Assembly (NCBI GenBank): GCA_050230475.1
Contig: JBFLGF010000180.1
Location: 1 to 55,850 of the forward strand
Length of the DNA: 55,850 nucleotides
DNA from: Ancylonema sp.
Taxonomy: Eukaryota
Reading direction: 5' to 3'
Within the stretch, counting starts at the first letter, position 1, and every line of letters starts with the position of its first letter. Below the pieces are notes generated by a model that saw only the letters and a program-made list of their open reading frames with translations, did no database searches and was not told the DNA's origin. A program made the position numbers and the translations under genes. Of this stretch, positions 52,032 to 55,850 are shown in pieces.

Positions 52032-53717
52032 ATGCCTAAAATACAAGGGGCTCACGATTATGCTGACCATGGGTATGACATGTCTTTGCACATCACAGTC
52101 ACGCTTTCGAAGACCGAGAAGAAGGGCCGAGAGCACAAAGAGACTATCGTGAGCGCTGTGCGAAAAAGTTTCGATGACTTCAAAGACCTGTATGTCTTCG
52201 AATTCGAAAATATGCGGAATGCCAGGGATTGAAGGAATTCCGTGACGAATTGAAGGACACCAGTCGGTGAGTCCACTATCTCTCCGTCAGGAAGTGAGAC
52301 GGCGGCCCGTCCGTATTTGACATGCGTGCACGTCGCTCGTCCTAGCAGCTCCTGCACTGCTTTGCTCGGTTTCAACCAGTCCTGCACGGACAACGGATTT
52401 AGTTCCAGAGATCGTTTGCTAGAGCTGCGCAAACAAATGACTGGTCTGACTTCACGAACCAAGTTTCTGTTTGCCATGGGCTGGCTTCAGGTTTTTTTTA
52501 GGATCCAATAAAGTACTCCAAGTCTCTCCTGGGCAGAGAAGAATCCGAGGCGTTTCGGGACAACACAGACAAAATTAGGATCCAATAAAGTACTCCAAGT
52601 CTCGGTGCTGTAAGAATGCAGCACTTCGATATCATGTTAGCTAGACTGCCGGAGAGTCTACTCCTTTTCAAGCTACACTCTCCAGCTTCTGCTCCAGAGA
52701 GAACCCGTGCATCCAGCCCTTTGAGAACCTGAGGGTGATGGAGCTTGTGGTATATTTCAACCTAAGGGCAGACACAGGTGCTTGCTGGGTGACTTTGGTG
52801 TACCACAGCTCCTTCAAGGAAATCGAGGGCTGCTATTCACCAATTTACCAAAAGATGATGTCATCAGGTGACAAAACCTTCTGTCACAACGCTCGTTTTC
52901 CCCCAAACGCTGGTTCATTTGAGAGTGCACTGAGGAGGGCCATCGCTGACTTGCCCACCGATGTTGTTCACGCCTGGCAGGAGATTCGAGGATTTGAGGA
53001 GTCAGACTTTGCGAGAACGGGGAGCACAGCAACCCAGACGGTATGCTGAAGCCTCACCAATTCTTGTGGCTTCTGCATCAACGCAGCTTGTGGGCTGTGT
53101 GATGTGTGATGCAGGTGGAGTTGAATGAAGGACCCTTGGAGCAGTTCACACATGATATGGAACCGTATCTCAGGAAGCAAGGCATGCCTGTGCGCCTCAA
53201 CAAAGGTAAAGAATGCGAGGCAGGCCTGTTTCCCCTCATGAAGGTGACAGAGGTGCCGCCTGTGGCGGTTGCAGGTGTGGTGGAGTTGGTCGCTGATCAC
53301 ACAGTCTGCGTGGAAAACGAGCCAATCAGTCCAGAAGCGTCTAGATTGTTGGTGAGGGCCTGCTGTCATCACATACATCCATCTCATCCCTCACCTGAGC
53401 TGTGGGTTCATGAGCGTGCCACTTCACTAAAATTGCGGCTGCAGAAGAGATATGAGGAGTTGCACTGAGATGATTTGAAAATCGATCACTTTTGTAATGC
53501 CTTCGATTTTCAGGCTTCGGGGAAAGTTGTAAGCTGACTGGCAACTTTCTATTTTTAATCTGCAATCTCCTGTCTGACAACTGCCTTTCTCTGATGTGTG
53601 CTGCAGAGGCTTCTGAACATACAGATGGCGTTATTCCACCTCACTCTCATTGCAAGATGGACAGTGTCTGGAGAGTTTGAGGTGCTAGAGCAGGCTCCAG
53701 AGTCTGGAGTGGAGTGA
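52032..53717 (+). pseudogene. MRT4: mRNA turnover protein 4 (MRT4/MRTO4, ribosome assembly factor) pseudogene
   Basis: VTLSKTEKKGREHKE, FENMRN, FFLGSNKVLQV, GLLFTNLP, DFARTGS, FTHDMEPYLRKQGMPVRLNKGVVEL, in exons with GT-AG introns. Frameshifts near 52227, 52528 and 52992, a stop-containing duplication at 52575-52603, and an abnormal exon 1. Confidence 0.85.
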
Positions 53718-54399
53718 AATCCCAAATTGTGGATCTCCTCCTTGGACTCCGCCCTGCATCCTCTGTGGAGCGGCAATTGTTGTACAAAAGAAAACTTACA
53801 CGGCATTTGACTCATTTTACGCATTGTTTGCTTCTTCAAATCCCCCCACTGTCCAATCATAGCCATTTCCTGACTAGTAAACTCGGATCGGATGAATGTT
53901 TGACAGAACTTGATGACTTGGTGCAATGCATGAGTGGGTTACCTCCACACCATCTGCACAGGCCTGCCAAACTGGACGTGAAGACCGTTCCTGATCGGAT
54001 ATATTGTGAAAGCGTGGGTCATAACTTGGTGTGTAGGCATTTTTGAACCAGGCAGGCAGCACACCCCAAATATTCACCAGTGATTGTCCTATTCAGCCTA
54101 CATTTCACAATGTCATGAGCCACATTGGCATGCCTAGATGAGCCGTGGGATGGGGGCCATGCCATGCCTCCATGCCAACACCTGCTTGTCACGATTATGG
54201 TTGATTCACACGGGCGGGCTCGGCAGCTGATTGGACACCAAGAATTTCTAGCGATATTTTTGTAGCTCACTAAAACAAAAGCCGAGAGATTACGTATATG
54301 CATGATGCGGAGCAGCACCTTAAATTTTAAATGCTGAAATCACCCTGACTACAAGGCGGAAACGACCTGAATTATTCATCAACTCATGGACAGATATGA

Positions 54400-55223
54400 A
54401 TACCTACTAAATCAATCATTTCCCAAATATCCAAAACAACGCTATGATACGGCGCAGTACGGCAGAGGTTTCAGCGGACTGAAGTCACCATCCCTTGACC
54501 ACGCTTATAAAACCAGCCTCGCTAAAAATGCGCTTAGTCACCTCTCACAACATGGCTGGAAAATTCTCTCCTCCTTCCCAAAACCACCTTGCCCACGACC
54601 TCTACCTCCACTCCACTTGCTTCTCCTCCTCGTGCTGCTTATTTATCTTGTCGTAGCAGTTGCGCTCAATGTGCCCAATTCCACACCATTCACACATTAT
54701 CTCCTTTTTCGGACACTCTCTTCTCCAATGATCAACTTCTCCACATCTGAAACAGTTTTCATAAGTGGCCTCACCATGTAGTCTGGTAGTACGCCTCTAC
54801 CATCATTGATGATGCTACACTCTTCCGTGCTCTTCTCTTTTTTGTTGTCTCAATATGTTACATTCCGTCCCACACGTAGTCTATCCCTGGTGTTGGCGTT
54901 TGTGCAAAGTAGGACTTACGGAGGATGTCGATTATTTCAAGAAGCGCGTCGAGTAGCGTTTCGAGTTTGTTAGCAACATCTATCCTTTCCCCTTGTACAT
55001 GGACCTTTCGTACCAACTCGTTGTACCTCTGTTTTAATTCAAAATGGCTCTTTTCCTCTAAGATTGTGAAGTTCAGAAACTCCTTCCTTGCTGCGGAACG
55101 CTGGGCTGGCGTCACCGTGTTATAATCTCCCGCTAGCTGATTCCTCATGTCAACATGGTTCCTTGCATGCACATCGAAGCTCATAACAATGATGTCGTCT
55201 ATCGTCTGAATAATCACTGACAT
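54400..55223 (-). mobile_element. Decayed Ty1/Copia gag (UBN2-like region and degenerate zinc knuckle)
   Basis: AQRSAARKEFLNFTILEE..ELKQRYNELVRKVHVQGERID..KLETLLDAL resembles Retrotran_gag_2. A Gly/Arg-rich linker and a broken knuckle with stops follow. Confidence 0.7.
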
Positions 55224-55850
55224 TAAATGTCACGCATGAGAAGGGCAACATCTGGATTAATGTGCATGGCCCAACCACCACTCAGTGCACCTGGTGTGAA
55301 TAGATAACATTTGCTCACCCTAGGGCACATATGAGGGAGGAAGAATGGTTGCTCTTTGTTTAACACTGGTGGTAATCGTCGAGTGCATATCTCATTTGGA
55401 TTCTAATGTCTGTTAGCATGATTTTGGTTATGGATATTAACCAAGGCAGCCGACGTAGGTGCCTGTCCATTCGGCAAAGGCCTCAGTGGCATTTTCCGTT
55501 ATACGACATGTGGCTGGACGCCACTCCGACATCAATTCCAGTAGTTAAACCGTACATACGTTCCCTACCAATTTTGGCGCTGCGTCACACATGGAAGCCA
55601 CAACGGCTAGGCTAGGTATCCGCTTCCCAATACATGAATGCTCTGAGGGAAATGTCATATTACCCTTGGTTGTTTGATATCACTTGGAGAACAATACCCC
55701 TCAGATTTGAATTCCTAGGACGGGTCGTTTAATTGGCTGCTGCACCTAGGGCGATTCCATGTGTGCGGGCAGATTGCAATTAAATCGGTGGATTGAATAA
55801 TTCCGGTGTGGTCGTTTAATTTTTGGCAGCAATAGGGTGATTCCTATGTT

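Overview
Eukaryotic nuclear DNA, most likely from a streptophyte green alga or other early-diverging plant. This is an inference from plant-type proteins, high-GC3 exons and short introns. Splicing by eye gives eight intact genes: a USP-like-domain receptor-like cytoplasmic kinase, SPT2, a CLU/FRIENDLY-like protein, TFIIE-alpha, a BRAHMA-type SNF2 ATPase, eIF6, an At4g37920-like plastid protein and CCT6. MRT4 is present as a frameshifted pseudogene. AT-richer spacers hold decayed Copia/LINE pieces, a PIF/Harbinger-type element with TAA TSDs, pogo/mariner-type non-autonomous elements and a diverged ~3-4 kb duplicated repeat mosaic. Main oddities: a probable GA-AG intron in eIF6; an LTR-like insertion carrying its tRNA-iMet primer-binding site inside a perfect 5-bp TSD; and a tandem copy of the CCT6 3' exons that differs mostly at silent sites. 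A 2.07-kb identical duplication around a single N is probably an assembly artefact. I found no convincing wholly new multi-gene system. All family assignments come from motif recognition, not database searches.
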